In this document: piece by piece, positions 1-14,332 of the stretch | Numbering within the stretch: position 1 is the first letter of the stretch | How the letters are laid out: each line of letters starts with the position of its first letter | Origin: Eledone cirrhosa | Taxonomy: Eukaryota | DNA length: 64,000 bases | Direction of reading: 5' to 3' | Assembly (NCBI GenBank): GCA_964016885.1 | Contig: OZ024742.1 | Coordinates: 158,100,001-158,164,000 of the forward strand | The notes under the pieces: generated by a model | What the model was told of the DNA's origin: nothing | The model's database searches: none | What the model saw: the letters and a program-made list of their open reading frames with translations, nothing else | Position numbers and translations under genes: made by a program

Positions 1-500
1 CGCCGCCTGAGTGAAGCATCCTAAACGTGGAACCCATGGAGAAAAGTAAGCAGACAGGTTCATATAGATAGGGCTTACGTAAACTTGGACAAAGTGTAGT
101 ACTGATGACAGGATATCAAACGTGATCATTCCATTAATTTCCAAGTCCGTGCAATCTTGGTGATCATTCACACTAGAGGATAAAATATATTGCTATGTAT
201 CATTATCAGTACATCTAATTTCGTAATTCACTATAGAACACCTTTTGAAAGACCGAATCTAGGTTGAGTTTTCCATTAGCAAATTCGATCGGTAGTGTGT
301 GTTCCAGATATATCACCTACCTCAAAAAAGGTAATTCACGCTCACACATATTTATAGACACATTCAGACACATATATACAACTGTGTACATATGTGTGCG
401 TTTGTGTGTGTGTGTTAACGAGCAAACAAAAACCTAATTATTTATGCAGAAACATAGCTGACCCTGTTATCACATAAGTAAATGATACTATTAATATTAA

Positions 501-662
501 GGGCGGTGGTTTGGCAGTATCAGTAGAGGATCTGGCGCCATGCTTTGCAGCATAGAATTACGTCCCTTTACGATCTGAGTTTAAATCCCTTACGTGGTCG
601 ATAAAATAAAGTATCAGTAATGTACTGGTATAATCGCTGGCCTTGTGCTAAATGTAGAAACA
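501..662 (+). mobile_element. tRNA-derived SINE copy (internally deleted)
   Basis: A-box-like TGGCAGTATCAGT, degenerate B-box GAGTTTAAATCCC and family tail GTCGATAAAATAAAGT...GGCCTTGTGC..AGAAAC; flanking direct repeat ACTATTAATATT (487-498 / 663-674). Confidence 0.85.
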
Positions 663-714
663 ACTATTAATATTTATATTCATGGCAACAGAACCGGCTA
701 AATTATTTAATTAC

Positions 715-899
715 CAGGCGGTGGATTGGCAATATCGGTAGAGGGTCGGACGCCATGCTTTCCAGCATAGTTACGTCCCTTTACGATCTGAGTTCAAATC
801 CCGCCGAGGTTAATTTTGCCTTTCATCCTTACGGGGTCGATAAAATAAAGTACCAGTAATGCACTGGGTAATTGCTGGCCTTGTGCCTAACGTAGAAAC
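715..899 (+). mobile_element. tRNA-derived SINE, full length
   Basis: Pol III A box TGGCAATATCGGT, B box GAGTTCAAATCCC, core GCCTTTCATCCTTACGGGGTCGATAAAATAAAGTACCAG; 14-bp TSD AATTATTTAATTAC (701-714 / 900-913). Confidence 0.92.
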
Positions 900-1269
900 A
901 ATTATTTAATTACACTTTAAACTTCACGGCTATTAATAAGTCTTAATAAGGTGTGACCTAAGCTGGAACTGCGTATTTATTAAGTTACAAACTATTTAGA
1001 AGAAAAGTGAACTCCTCTTATATCAGAGCGAGATTAACCAGATCCTTAACACGCTCTCATATGTAAGTGTTTGTATATGTAATTGTTTATATACGTAAAT
1101 ATTTATATATGTAAATGTTTATAAGCTTAAATATTTATATACGTAAACGTTTATATTCGTAAATATTTATCTGCATTAATATTTATATACGTAAATATTT
1201 CGATGTGTAAATGTTTATAAACGCAAATATTTGTAATGGAGTTAATTTTCATTATTCAGTGTGGATAAG

Positions 1270-1485
1270 GGCAAGAGAATTGCAGAATCTGTAGAGCGTC
1301 TGACAAAATGCTTTGCAGTATTTAGTTAGGGCCCCTTACGGTCTAAGTTCAAATCCCGCCGAGATTTGCTTTTCCTTTCATCCTTACGGGGTCGAGAAAA
1401 TAAAGTACCAATAATGGACTAGGGTCGATTTAATCGACGTTCTCCTACCCCTGAATTGCTGGCCTTGTGCCTATATAAGAAACCA
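1270..1485 (+). mobile_element. tRNA-derived SINE, older and longer subfamily
   Basis: Same B box and core, plus an extra segment GGTCGATTTAATCGACGTTCTCCTACCCCTG; imperfect TSD CATTATT(C/T)AGTGTGGAT. Confidence 0.85.
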
Positions 1486-1623
1486 TTATTTAGTGTGGAT
1501 GTTTCCAGATCCTTGCAATCGCAATTGAAGGTTAACATTGTAAACCAAAGTATATATTCAAATATAGGTTTTATGCACCTTATAATTTTCCGCGTCAATA
1601 GCGACTCATAACTCGGAATATTA

Positions 1624-1803
1624 TTGGCAGTATCGGTGGAGAGTCGGGCGCCATGCTTTCCAGCATAGTTACGTCCCTTTACGATCTGAGTTCAAATCCC
1701 GCCGAGGTTGACATTGCCTTTCATCCTTACGGGGTCGATAAAATAAAGTACCAGTAATGCACTGGGTAATTGCTGGCCTTGTGCCTAAAGTAGAAACAAT
1801 TAT
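1624..1803 (+). mobile_element. tRNA-derived SINE
   Basis: Near-identical to 715-899. Confidence 0.9.
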
Positions 1804-3859
1804 GTTTTAACTAGAAACAAAAGACAGGCATCTTTTGAAAGGAATTCTAACCCTTCAGGCTATGCACCTCTAATATGCTATGCCAATATTTACAGACAAA
1901 ATTAAGTTTTCAGTATTACTTGAGGTAAACCTTTTTCCACTGGTATTCCAATAAATAATTTAGATGAGTCTCAGATTAGCGGGTTAATGTTGGGTGATTA
2001 TACGACTCGTTAATTACGGTAGGATGAATAAGCATAAGCTATTGATCTACACAGAGGGTGACAACTTATTTCGAATTCTTGTAACCAGGCGGACACCGCT
2101 GAAGACTCCCAATAACTAGATTGTAGTGTTAGACCAGGTTATCGTTTTTACCACACAAACGAAAATGCAGACCATCCAATGGGTTTCAATGTAATTTCCT
2201 TCTCTTGAACACTTAAATCAACCAGAAACAAGGGTCCTCTAAACGTGACGAATTGTGGGTATGTTCTAACGATGGGAATTTGGGAGATGATTTTTTACCC
2301 ACACGGGTGTATCTCTGACCAAAGATTATACAGAAATATCAACACATATGTATGTGAGATACTTTTAAATGAATGAATCTATTGGAAAATATATGAGGAA
2401 AAGGTCAGTGCTAAGAATCATGACGTGAGTATTGTACTGGAATTAATCCACAGGCCTATTCAGATATTGTGCAAAATCAGTATTCCTTGTGCCAAATTAG
2501 TTTTAAAGAGCGGCGAATTAGTCGGATCAGCCTCACAGCATTTGATCCGGCATTCATGCCTGCACTCTGCGATCTCTTCACGGGGAAGTCAATATTGTGT
2601 TTTATAAATCGTTCAATAAATTACCTGTCCAGGCAGTTGGGTTCCGATCGTTTGTAGTCTGAGTTCACCAACGATGCTATTGGTGCCAAGCTATATCGGG
2701 ACCCTAATTTACCCTTGAATAATAGCTATTGTATGGAAAACAAACCTTGCATGCACAAGCAGCTTTTGATCTTACATAAAACATCTTCCAGTGGCGAGAC
2801 ATGTGTACCTTTCCGTAGAGTAACGTAATAAAGCGAAGCCATAAAAATGTTGACACTGACACTATAGTTTGCCTGCAACGGAAAGTATGATAAAAGTGGT
2901 AACTTATCAGTTATTAGCCTCCTTTTCCACGTGGCCATACTTTTAGTCATTTCCATATTATTGGTTATTTTTGGAGACAAATATTATAAAGCATTATGAT
3001 GGTAACAGTTCCTAGATTTTGAGGAATTGTCTATATCTATCACGAGACGCCAGCGATTATAATTAGAGTATATTTTCATCAACGAATATTCTTCAACAAC
3101 ATTCAACACGCCAAAGTCAAATCAATTATATTAATGTTCATGCTTCTCCATATCAGCAACATACAATTTCATTTGGAACAGAGTTATTCAAACGCAATAA
3201 GTTGTTGCGTACGAGTAATTTCCTATTCATATTACCAATATAACAAATTGCTGACTTACATTTGCAAAGTTTCTAATATAATGGAGCGTTTAATTTTTGT
3301 ACAATATCTTAAAGCGAATTACACAATATACTATAATCCCAGATGAGATAATTTTGAACTTCAAAAGATGACAATATTTTCCATAATTTGATTCGCTTTT
3401 GGTTTTGAAGAAATGATATGTATTCAAAGAAATTCATTTTACTATCAGGCGAAATCTTTATTTTATTTCAGTAGACCTTTCATGTAGGGAACAACTGATT
3501 AATGGGGACAGGTAATCGAAAGTACTGTTTATAACTGCTTCATAATTCATTATTAAATGACGAAGATCCCAGCAGTCTCTAGGTAATTGGAGAACATGTA
3601 TTATGAGAGAAGATTAATATATGTTTATTTTAGGAATTCCTATTAAAAGTTCAAGAGACATTTTTTTCAAGAATTTCTAGTAAAGGTTGAACTCCACAAG
3701 TGGAGGAATAATACATTTAATTTACTATAGGATCAATTAAATGGATTAATCAACGAAAATTAAATCCAGCCATACTTGAAGTTAGAATATAAATTGACGT
3801 AAATTATACAAAAGCTCTTTCTGTTATGCCACTGCAGATCAGGTGGGATTGTATTTAAT

Positions 3860-4080
3860 ATCGATTTCAAAGTTGGTCTCAAGATCAACAACGTAGTGGA
3901 AAGAAAAGTTAATTAAATGAAGCCTAAACGATAAAATAAATACCTCGAGTACTGGTACTTATATTCTCACCTAGGCGAATTGTAAAATTGATCTCGGTGG
4001 GATATGGACTCAGGATGTAAAAGCTAGAACAAATACCACAGTTTCATTTTATCCACCACTCTACCGATTTAACCAATCTA
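3860..4080 (-). mobile_element. degenerate SINE, reverse orientation
   Basis: GTACTGGTACTT...CTCGGTGGGAT..GGACTCAG...CTCTACCGATT is a decayed reverse complement of the SINE. Confidence 0.5.
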
Positions 4081-4153
4081 GCTCAGTTGGTACAGAGTTT
4101 ATATTGATTTGTTATCGCATATACTCGTTGCCGAAATATTGTGTGGAAGATAT

Positions 4154-4447
4154 CTATCTATCTATCTAAGGCGGGTAAAATTCCCGAGATCCATGGACGA
4201 GTTCTCTCCAGCGGTCTCTGTCCCTCATTATCGCTGCCATGTCCTGCATCTCCAACAGACCAGTGTCTGTCCTTAGGGCATCAACATACATTAACCTTGG
4301 TCTTCCTCTTCTAGTGTGTCCATGTAGGGGCTCCCAAAGGAGTACTAAGTGCAATGTCAACTCTGGATGTCGGTGAGCATGTCCAGCTAACCTCAGTCTC
4401 CTCTGTGTCACTTTTGAGCTGACTTTTGGGATGCTCCCATACAGCTC
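4154..4447 (-). mobile_element. RTE-clade LINE 3' fragment
   Basis: Translates ELYGSIPKVSSKVTQRRLRLAGH..R..E....VLLWEP.HG..RRGRPR..YVD.L..DTG....M.DRDRWR, a typical RTE ORF C-terminus; (TAGA)n tail; flanked by 10-bp direct repeat TGGAAGATAT. Confidence 0.85.
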
Positions 4448-5769
4448 TGGAAGATATATATGATATATAATCAGTTAAATGACTATATACACCCATTTTA
4501 CACTTGTGGATTACACCCATTTGATACTTGTGTCCTTTATTATAAAGAGGAGTTAACTGCTGGGAGATTATATCAATAGAATAGTAACTCACCTCGTCAC
4601 AAGGCCTTTTTATAACCAGTTTATTATTGGTAACCAATGTAGAATAAGCATTGAATTGTGTACTTGGTTAGTTTCGATCTCTGCTATAATCAATTTATGT
4701 TCTGTTATGACCTCATGTCTTGAGAAATGCATAAAAGAAACTTCTCGTAAATCTTAGAATGATATGTACCACTATTTAAGTAAGAAATTGATAATGATTA
4801 GATATGAGATCTTCTCAGGTCAAATTCTCTATAGACAACCAAATTGAAATATATCCTTAATTCACAGACAATGATGTTATAATAAAGTCCATGGTTTAAA
4901 ATGGGATTTATCAATTTCAACAAATAATCTGCTGCATAATTCATGCGCGGCCTGCGTGTATCGAAGTTCTTACAGATCATCGAACGAAATGTATCCTCCC
5001 GTATCCGATTACTACTGTTACTGTTACGATATATTTCAAATCAATAACATTTTAACTAAGTTCAGTCGGTATCGTTTAAATTAATAGATCAGTGCCGAAA
5101 GAACAATGAGTGATACTAAATGATTATCCGGAGTTCATACAAATAGCAGTGGATGCAGATTTCTATGGTCAAGATGAGACATGATATGTGTTCTACTTGC
5201 AGTGCAAACGGATTTCGAACAGAAGGATGAATCTAACTTCTACGTTATTATATCACGGGTATTTATGAGATAAACGTAGCGGATATGAAACGCCTCAGAA
5301 TTGAGATAACCCAGGAAATGCATTTTACTATGTTTTCATCTCGTTCTCCTCTCATCAAAATTATGTTGTAGAATTGCCTTTGTAATGTTCGTGGATCTTG
5401 CTAGTGGGCAAACTCTCTCATTTTCCTTTTCATCGGCGTTGTGAAAGGAAATTCATGGGTGGCCAACTTCATGATGGATGATTTTTTTTTTTATTTGTCC
5501 ATGACATTGTGTGGATGTACCGGTATCATCTCATTTTCAATGCCTCTATCTTTCTTTGTATCTCTACACTGGCTATCGGAAAGGTGCAGAAAGAAAAGTA
5601 TTGTCTTGCCCTTCGTAGTGATGTAACTAACTCACCACGTTAGTTATCAGAATTATGGCCTCTGTGGATTTTGTAAGGAATTCTGTTTGTGATAATTTAC
5701 CAATAGGTTTCACGACCAAGTATTAAAACTGCTACAGTATCTCTAGATTTAGTCTTCCTTTAGAGATGT

Positions 5770-6240
5770 ATCTCGTAATGACGTCGTTGGCATTGATACT
5801 GAATTTGTTTCTTTCGGCGTTAATTTACATTCCAAACTCAACTCGAACGAGATATATTGAGTTATGGAAGAACACTGATCAAAGCATCCTAACTTGCGAC
5901 CCGTAAATGGCATCAGCATATCTTAGATTTGCGATGACCCTCCCCACTAAAATAACGAGTGTACTCGTAGGTCTCATCCACGATATTGCTCATGATCTCT
6001 CTAAAAAGTGGTCGAGCAACAGCATGGAGAGGAAGCAACACTTAGAGACGCTTGGTATTGAATGCATCTACGGTAAAGTCTGATACGAGTAGTGCTCCAG
6101 CTGAATGAGAGTAAGGTATTTTCATAGTATGTTCAAACTTTGACCAGCGATGAATGTCATTATGCCAGGTTTTATCAAAAGCATTTTAACATCTATGAAA
6201 ACATGGTATAAGTATTGATGGTGTTGATGTTAATTCTCCT
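5770..6240 (-). pseudogene. highly decayed non-LTR reverse transcriptase remnant
   Basis: Minus strand gives HVFIDVK/AFD (~6170-6206) and NANDV (YADD-like, ~5780-5798) at plausible RT spacing; many disruptions. Confidence 0.35.
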
Positions 6241-6959
6241 TACTGTTTCCACATCAACAGTTGTCTGGAGTTTTCTGAGGTCTCGGTATTTAGGATAACT
6301 CTGAACATTACTTTGCTAGCATAGAGTATCTTTCAGATGGTACGCTATTTCTGGCATATTTGACGATTTCCTTTTAAGCAGCAAGTTCTATGATGAGCGA
6401 CTGAATTCAAAGTAATTGACATTTGCCAGTCTGCCTTATATTGATGCAAAAGGTCACAACTATGTCTAGTTGCTACGTCAGTTCAGCAGGACTGTTGTAA
6501 AGGAGCACATACGGTTTATCTCTCGGTATTCTTATAGCACATTTACGTTTTCCGACTAATCGCTAGACATCATGGAAGGCTACTCTACATTCATCTCAGT
6601 GTCACCCCCTCTGATGTGGTGATTGTATAATACTGTGTCCATGCTCCAAATATTCTGTTAATTTCTGTCAGCATCTGCTTCCATTTCTTTCTTTACTAAT
6701 ATGAACCTTTGAATTTTTATCACTTGACATAGAACTCAGTTTCTATCCCCTTTAACAGTTTATTAATGGTAAATTTTAATGGAAATGTCTTGCGTCATTT
6801 TCATGAATATTGTACAAACAAATCTAATTTCCTGTTCTTCATAATAGTTTTCGTTAGTATGGTAAGGAAAAATTGGAAAATGAAGTGGTATATTGGTCTA
6901 GAAATCGGAAAACATTTCAAACTTCTGAATCGGGGCTTACTTGAAGCTAAATATTGCTT

Positions 6960-7370
6960 CCTACTTCAGGTGTAATGCCAGTAATGGCATTACACTTTAT
7001 CTATCCAGAAAGGATGAAAGGCAAAGTTGACGTCGGTGGTATTTGGACCCTGACGGCACAGACTCGGAACAATTCTGTTACGCATTTGTCCGACGCGCTA
7101 ACGACTCTGCACATCCATAAATGTGGACCTGAGGCAATATAATAACAACCAAGTAATGAGATTATGAATTATATTGCCTATTATACTGATGTATTTAAAT
7201 TGAATTAATATAGTGGTTTCTAATTTGGTCACAAAGCCAACACTTTGCGTCGAGCGGATAGTCGTGTACAACATCCCCAGTAGTTGACTTTATTTTATTG
7301 ACCTCTAAAGGATAAAAGACAAAGAAGACCTCGGCACAATTTTAACTTGGAACCTAAAAATGAGGCAAAA
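6960..7370 (-). mobile_element. two degenerate SINE copies, reverse orientation
   Basis: GGATGAAAGGCAAAGTTGACGTCGG..ATTTGGAC (7012-7048) and GATAAAAGACAAAGAAGACCTCGGC (7311-7335) are reverse complements of the SINE core. Confidence 0.6.
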
Positions 7371-7499
7371 GCATGTTGACCGAGCTTCTGCTAATTTTAC
7401 CTATCCAGAACCTTTAGTTTATCCGAAAACGATACATTGGTGGGAGCTTGGCCATGCATATTTTTACATATGGTGATAGAATTAGATCTCGAATGCAAT

Positions 7500-7790
7500 C
7501 GGCAGAAATATGTTTCCCCCGAGGAATAATATTACTCGATAGAATGTGTAGCTCGGAGATCAGAAAGTCACTTTAAGCAGAGCCGCTACATCTCCAAATT
7601 GAGATATCACAGATTTTATAATACGAACATGTGATTACAATGTCTCAGGAAAGAATCATTGGAAAGATTTTAGGTGAAAAACCAGCCGGCATAATACCCA
7701 GGGGTGGAGTACGATTTAGATGTTTCAATATCATTCATGAGCTCGGCTTGGTCTGCGTGGGTGAAGAAGAAGAAGAAGAAGAAGAAGTTA
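7500..7790 (+). mobile_element. decayed RTE LINE 3' end with (GAA)n tail
   Basis: Homologous to 52440-52800 (AGCTCGGAGATCAGAAAGTCAC...AGAGCCGCTAC..CTCC..ATTGAGA.ATCACA); ends in a GAA repeat. Confidence 0.6.
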
Positions 7791-10700
7791 AAACAATATT
7801 GTACTGGGGTGTATATATTCTCATGCAGCAGCTGTATGTGTGTTCGTTAGTGATATGTAAACGCCGATGTCTTATAGCTCATTGAACTGATCTTAGTTTC
7901 TTACTTCCACTAATTTACCCATCATAAAATGTCAAGCCTGGAGACATTTAGCTCTCGAATGTTAGTAATCGACGAGGTACTACATCCACTGCAACATCGA
8001 CTACCTATATTCTTTGTGCCAGGTATGCTCCTCCCACACCTCTTCATTCTTCGGCATAAATGTAAGCATGAGGAATTCTATATATTCAACTACATATTCA
8101 AATCGATTTTTCCATCGGAATTCATCTTCTTTCCATTATTTTATTCTATTTTTAACATATAGTTTTAGCAGTATAGCCCGTAAGATATAGTTTTTAAACC
8201 GTTACTTACATTAGATGTAACTTACAATAATTGTTACTATGTGTAGTAATATCAAATGTATATTATAGTATCTGCCAACATCATTTTCTAAATCTGTTTT
8301 ACCTAACAGCCACTTTAAGAGTCTTATGCAACTAAAGAAGATTTTAAAGGGAAATCTATATCCCAATTGTCTAGTTATGGTTCTGAAATATACTAAAATC
8401 TTTTCCGAGGGACATACTTCGAGATACGTGAGTAGGGATACTATAATTTCATAATTGAAGAATACAATTATTACGATTTAAATAAAACCATATTCATAAC
8501 TAATACGATGAGTATTGTTTATCTAAACGGTAAACAATAAACACAAAATATTTAACATCTACTGATCCTACATTAGTTCAAAACTTGGGATGAATAAACA
8601 TCATAACAGTAGAACAAGTAAGTAAAGTGTATAATAAATACTGGAGCCCTGAATGTAATCACATTCAAATGGACCCAATGAAGATGATACGTGTCTAGTA
8701 GTGGGATTATTTTACCACCTCGAGTTCTGTTCAATACATTTACGGTACTGTTACCAATCAATGTCCCTAATTGTATTCGATCGTAGTGTAATGAACAATA
8801 TGAGATATCACCAACGAGATCTTAATATCTGTTTGAGATAATAGTTGAAATAATATCGATATTTAGGCAATGCACACAGAAAACTATTGAAAGCTACTTA
8901 ATTTAACAATACTTCGAATGGCAACGATTGCGTTCTTAATAACCTGATATAAATACTAGACATATCTCCTTCCATTATCACTCTACTCTCTTCAAATATA
9001 AGTAAAGTACATATTGGACAATACAATGAAAGCACTATATCGGAAAATCTTGGGTTTTATTGACTGCAAAGCAGTGATCATAGGTCTAGTCTGTCAGAAC
9101 TGGACTGTTGCTAAACAATACCAAAAATCACTACTCATGAGTTTGAATATCTTTGAGAGAATCGAGAATACCGAAATTCACCTTACACTGCCTATGTCTG
9201 AATGACAGAGATTCTGTTTTATTTTAAACAACGCCTTTCCAGTTCTTAAAACTAACAGGTTGTATAGAATAATCACAGAGGTGGATAAGTAGAGATATAT
9301 GGCCTTATGAGGAATTGTAATAATAGTAAAATAAATGTAGATTTCAAGATGGAATGGCTCATGTACACACTTCATGAGACGTTTGAGCGCAATCAGGATT
9401 TATACCTGTGTCGGTATAGCTGTGCCTATAAATTAATATAGCAATTCCATTTTTTAATTGTACTGTTATTATCTCAACAATATTGTCTCTTGCTGTTTGT
9501 AGTGGTAGATTATAATGGATTGAACCAATGGCAGTATATTAATTGTGATTATTTTATCGCCTCGGTTTACGCAGGAATAACTGATGGGTGAGACTGAAAC
9601 AGAATAACATAACTCTACGCTTCCTACTAAATCAATTTCTAACCGTATTTTGCAATAACATTGATTGGTAAATACTTCCGAAAATTATAAATTTGTTTGA
9701 ATTAATTAAATGCATAGCAGAAATCTACATAGAAAAGCTTTAAATGTGAATATGCAACCTGTATGCAATTATACTCACATGCACTTATATGTGAGTGTAA
9801 TATATGCGGTCATGATATTTCAAAACAAACAGCTTATTATCGCCGGAGAAAACGGTGGAGATCTTTCTTTTAGTAGTCAAATATGGACGAGGTATTAATG
9901 CAGATAACCGGCCTAAAGACAAAACTGTAGCTAGAATTTTAGGATTTGCGATTAACTTCATGTGAGAATCGATTGAATCTGATGCTGAAAGGTAAACAGA
10001 TTTATTCTGACACATAAGCCTATATTTTCTTTACTCTAACATGATTAAATAAGTTTCGTCGGGAATTGTTCTATTTTATTTTTATCTTTTCTTCTGACAT
10101 TTTTCATGTTGTTTTGTGATCTTTCGCGAAGTAATGAATAGAAAAACGGTTAGTTCAGTCTAGCGCTGGACAACATGTAATAAATAACCAATTAGACGTA
10201 TCTGCTGCCCAGCTAACATTTATTGCATTCCTTCAAATGCCCTTTTGTTGGCACTGACCGATCAAGCCTATGATCAAATAAATTTTAGCTATAACTATTC
10301 TGATACTTTTTCAGTCGCATTTTACCTGCCAACACTCTATCTTATGGATCAATTTAAGCCTATAAGATTTGATATATACTTGCAGGTCAAGCGACAAATT
10401 AGAATCTCCACCTGGAGCATGTCGGCTAGTTTATGATTATTTAATGTGGATAGAAGATACAGTGCAATTTTCCTTGTTGTTGGAATCCTTGTAGAAGTGG
10501 TTGAAAAGGCACAGAGATCTCATGTAATGCCGACAGTATGATAGTTGGAGTGTGTTGTAGGTGGCTTTTGCCTAACAATGTGATCGCCACTGTTTTGTGG
10601 GTAAGTTGTGTGTATGTAGGTGATTTTTCTAATGCTTACAACGTTCTTCTCTGGGGTGTGATTCAGAAAATATTTGTAAATAATCTTGGAATGTAATCGA

Positions 10701-11046
10701 CATCTTCTGATATGATTTAGACACGTATTTTAAAATCATAATACAATACTATATGTTAAGTAATTATATACTATGTAAGGAAAACCAGTTAATATTCTTA
10801 TAATCAGCAAACATGGTTAATATTCGTTGACATATTTAGTAAGTAGAGGAATTGGTTGAAAACATTGTATGCGGCAATAACTTCCAGTCTTCATCTGTCA
10901 CAAGAGATGACATACTGAATGTGATTCATTAAAATATTTCGCATTAATACACACAGACACATGCAAACACACACGTACACACACACACACATACACTTAT
11001 ACGCAAACACACACACACACTCCTCACTCACACACACACACACATG

Positions 11047-11126
<80 letters not shown>

Positions 11127-13264
11127 AAAATCAATCAGAATCAGCAAAACAAACAAGACAAACCATGAAGAAGTATATTAGATTAACACTTCATATAGTA
11201 GTAATTTGTGTACATTTGGAACACATGTCCTTCATAAGAAAATAGAATGAGAAATAAAAAGAAAGGTGGTTTACCAATGGATAGAACTGGTCATTCAATA
11301 TAGTTAACCGTGATATGTTACAAAGAAAAGCACTCAACGTTGCGCAACTGATCCATCTTTGGTTTTGAATCATGTTGGTGGTTCGAGGCGAGTGTCCGAC
11401 AAGCAAGCCCAACACTAGCTGTCCCATCATAGCAACCAATCTACAACGACATTTACAACGTCATTAACAATGACAGCAACTCCAACACACACAACAGCGA
11501 AGACAACTACTGTGACAAGGATAAGAAGCACTTTCACCACCTTAAACATGACGAAAACTAAAACGACCAAGACAGCAGCGCCAATACATAATTAGACACC
11601 GGCTCCACTGTGTATCTCGAATCTTCTCGATGGGATTGCTACAATTACAGCAGTTACCACAACTACTACTAGGACCACCACACCCACATCAACAATAATA
11701 ACAGCAACTACTATTACAATAACACCAGTAGCACCGACAATTACAACAACGACTATCACAACAATATCAGAAGTGTCGTCTACAAGAACAAGCACAATAA
11801 AAAGAAGAGGCTTCCTAGCCAAGAATTCATTGAAGTGGTAATGACTCTGCGTAAGCTAATGGGTGCGCCACTATCTGATTTAATGAAATTAGCTTTAGTC
11901 AGGCAGTAGTGTGTATGAGTTAAAAAATAGCGATGGGTTTCATTGTATCCTGCAATACTGATTTAAGTGCAGTGAAGAATATAATATATAAAATATAAGA
12001 TAAAAGGGTGTGTCGGATATTGCATAAAGAAACAATTCGTTACAGTAAAATAAAATATTTCAAAAATGCATTGAATTACAGTAGAATAAATGAACCCAAT
12101 AACACAAGATAAAATAAATAGAAACAAAATCAAACAATCAAATATAAATGGTCTAAGTTAAATTCAAAGGGGAAAAAAAGGAAACAAAATCAATGATAGA
12201 ACAATGACACAGACGGAGACAAATAGCTAAATGTAAAATGAGTCAGGTAGAGAAACATAGTTATAGTGCATAAACAGTGATTGTGTGACGAATGTCTGTG
12301 TATCCGTGTGTGTGTGCACATGTGTGTATGGATGGGTCCAAAGACATTTATTTCGTATATTTATATCCACACGCAATGTGTAGCCGGAACCCGTGTATAT
12401 GATCGTGGTGCTTGGAGTTGAAGGCGTTTTATTTGCAGCCTAACATAACGTCAAACTTCTAGTTGATGTCATTACAATTTTGTTTTATGATTTCCACGCA
12501 TTCTGTTAGCAGACATTTAAAGCCTCTGATTGTGCATACGGAGCGTGTTTAAGTAAGTTCTAGTTCATTTTGAAGTCTATATAGTTATTCTGAGCTGCAT
12601 TACCGTTCCTGCCAAACCAGTTTATGATCTTTTATTCCTGTGCTTAAAGGAATATACGTGGTTGTAATCCGGGGATTTGTAGGTCGTTTTATTCGCCCTA
12701 CTATAGCCGTAATCCCTATTTGGTATGGTGATCCCGCACTGGCATGGAATGCAATATGTTAGGCAATTGTTTTCCAGTAGGTACTCACTAGGGGATTTTC
12801 CAGTTGCAAGTCCTATCCCAAACATCAACAGGAGCCTTTGTTCTTCTGTCGTTTCTTGTTTGACGCTCTTTTCAGACATTGATGGCATGTGTGCTGTTTA
12901 CTTTCAAGTAATGACTTATATTTCTATTGTTGATAGACGGTATGTTGTTGAATCACCCCCCAACCTCCCCCTCCCCCCCCCCCCCACACACACACTCAAG
13001 GCACAGAAGGAAAAGTTCGCCGTGTGCCTGTTAAATGCTCCTTTTGAGAGAAGAAACGTTCTATGGTCTTGAAGATGATACTCGGAATGTTAGTCTGGAT
13101 GGTTTAGGAGTACTGTACGTTAAAAAAGTCCTCAAACTGGCCTACAAACAAAATATTTTTGCCGTCGGAAGAATACATCTTTTGCTGGAATTGCCTCGTT
13201 AAAGTAGTATCATTGAGTGATCGAGTTACTGCTACCAACAGTAATTAATAAACGTTACTACATA

Positions 13265-13338
<74 letters not shown>

Positions 13339-14149
13339 ATGTGCGTGTGCGTATGTTTGTCTGTGTGTTTGTGTGTGCGTGTGTGTGTGTGTGTGTGTAA
13401 GGTATGTATTGATCACCAAATGTCCCCACACGTTATAATGATTATCAAAACTAATATTCATTTGATTAGGTGCCTTCGAGAGGAAGTTAAAATAGATTGA
13501 AATTACTGGTTGTTTTCATCGCACAAGACGGATCATTAATCATTGCCAGAAAATTATTTGGAAGTCATTAATTATAATACTAAACATAACATTTCCAAAT
13601 TCTAATACATCTTTACAGACGTAAATGATACACACTGAATTATAATAATTTCATATTATGTCCATTACATGAATATATTACTCGCCAGTTTATAACACGC
13701 AAATACGTCGTAACTTAGCATGTTATTGATAATATATAAGTGATATTTGATGTTGACATAAAATATTTAAGCATTGTCAAACAGTTTATATTTTGTAGAA
13801 GTTACCCTCGAGGACCTTCAGCGTTCTAGTTCTACGGACGTCAGTTTTCCTCCAACAAATCTGAAGTGAATGCTGGAACGCCCGAGGAATGTTGAAATCG
13901 GGGATGAATTGGGTTTCGATGGCTGTTCTTCGTGGCAATCATTTCGCTATGTTGTCCACCCTGCAAAAATGATGATGAATACACGTCTCCATTTCTTACT
14001 CCATTTTGTCTACCGAGGTCAAATTTGTCTTTCATCTGTTCATCCATCCAGGTCTGCAGATATGTCTTTCTCTATATTTCTTTCTCCCTCTCTCTCTCTC
14101 TCTGTATATATATATAGAGAGGGAGAGAGCCCTCTCTCTCTTTTTTTAT

Positions 14150-14295
14150 TATTCTTCTTCATCTTCTTCAGACACGTATTTTTAGGAGCGTCCTGTGGAT
14201 TAGAGTCCTCAAGCACGAGTCCTATCTGAAGCAACCGTCTTGATCCCCAAGCGGACCCAGCCGGGCTCATGAATGTTATCCAACCATCTTCTTCT

Positions 14296-14327
<32 letters not shown>

Positions 14328-14332
14328 TTCTT
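14150..14332 (-). mobile_element. RTE 3' terminal fragment in GAA repeats
   Basis: Minus strand GGTTGGATAACATTCATGAGC...GAGGACTCT matches the 3' end of the 52670-52800 copy; bounded by (GAA)n. Confidence 0.55.

Noticed and set aside
715-810. SINE heads as tRNA genes
   Set aside because: A/B boxes are present but there is no cloverleaf; followed by SINE core and TSDs.
13810-14229. ORFs 13870-14229 / 13841-14047, and 37020-37160, as host exons
   Set aside because: No recognisable domain or convincing splice-site pair; cannot be excluded without transcript data.
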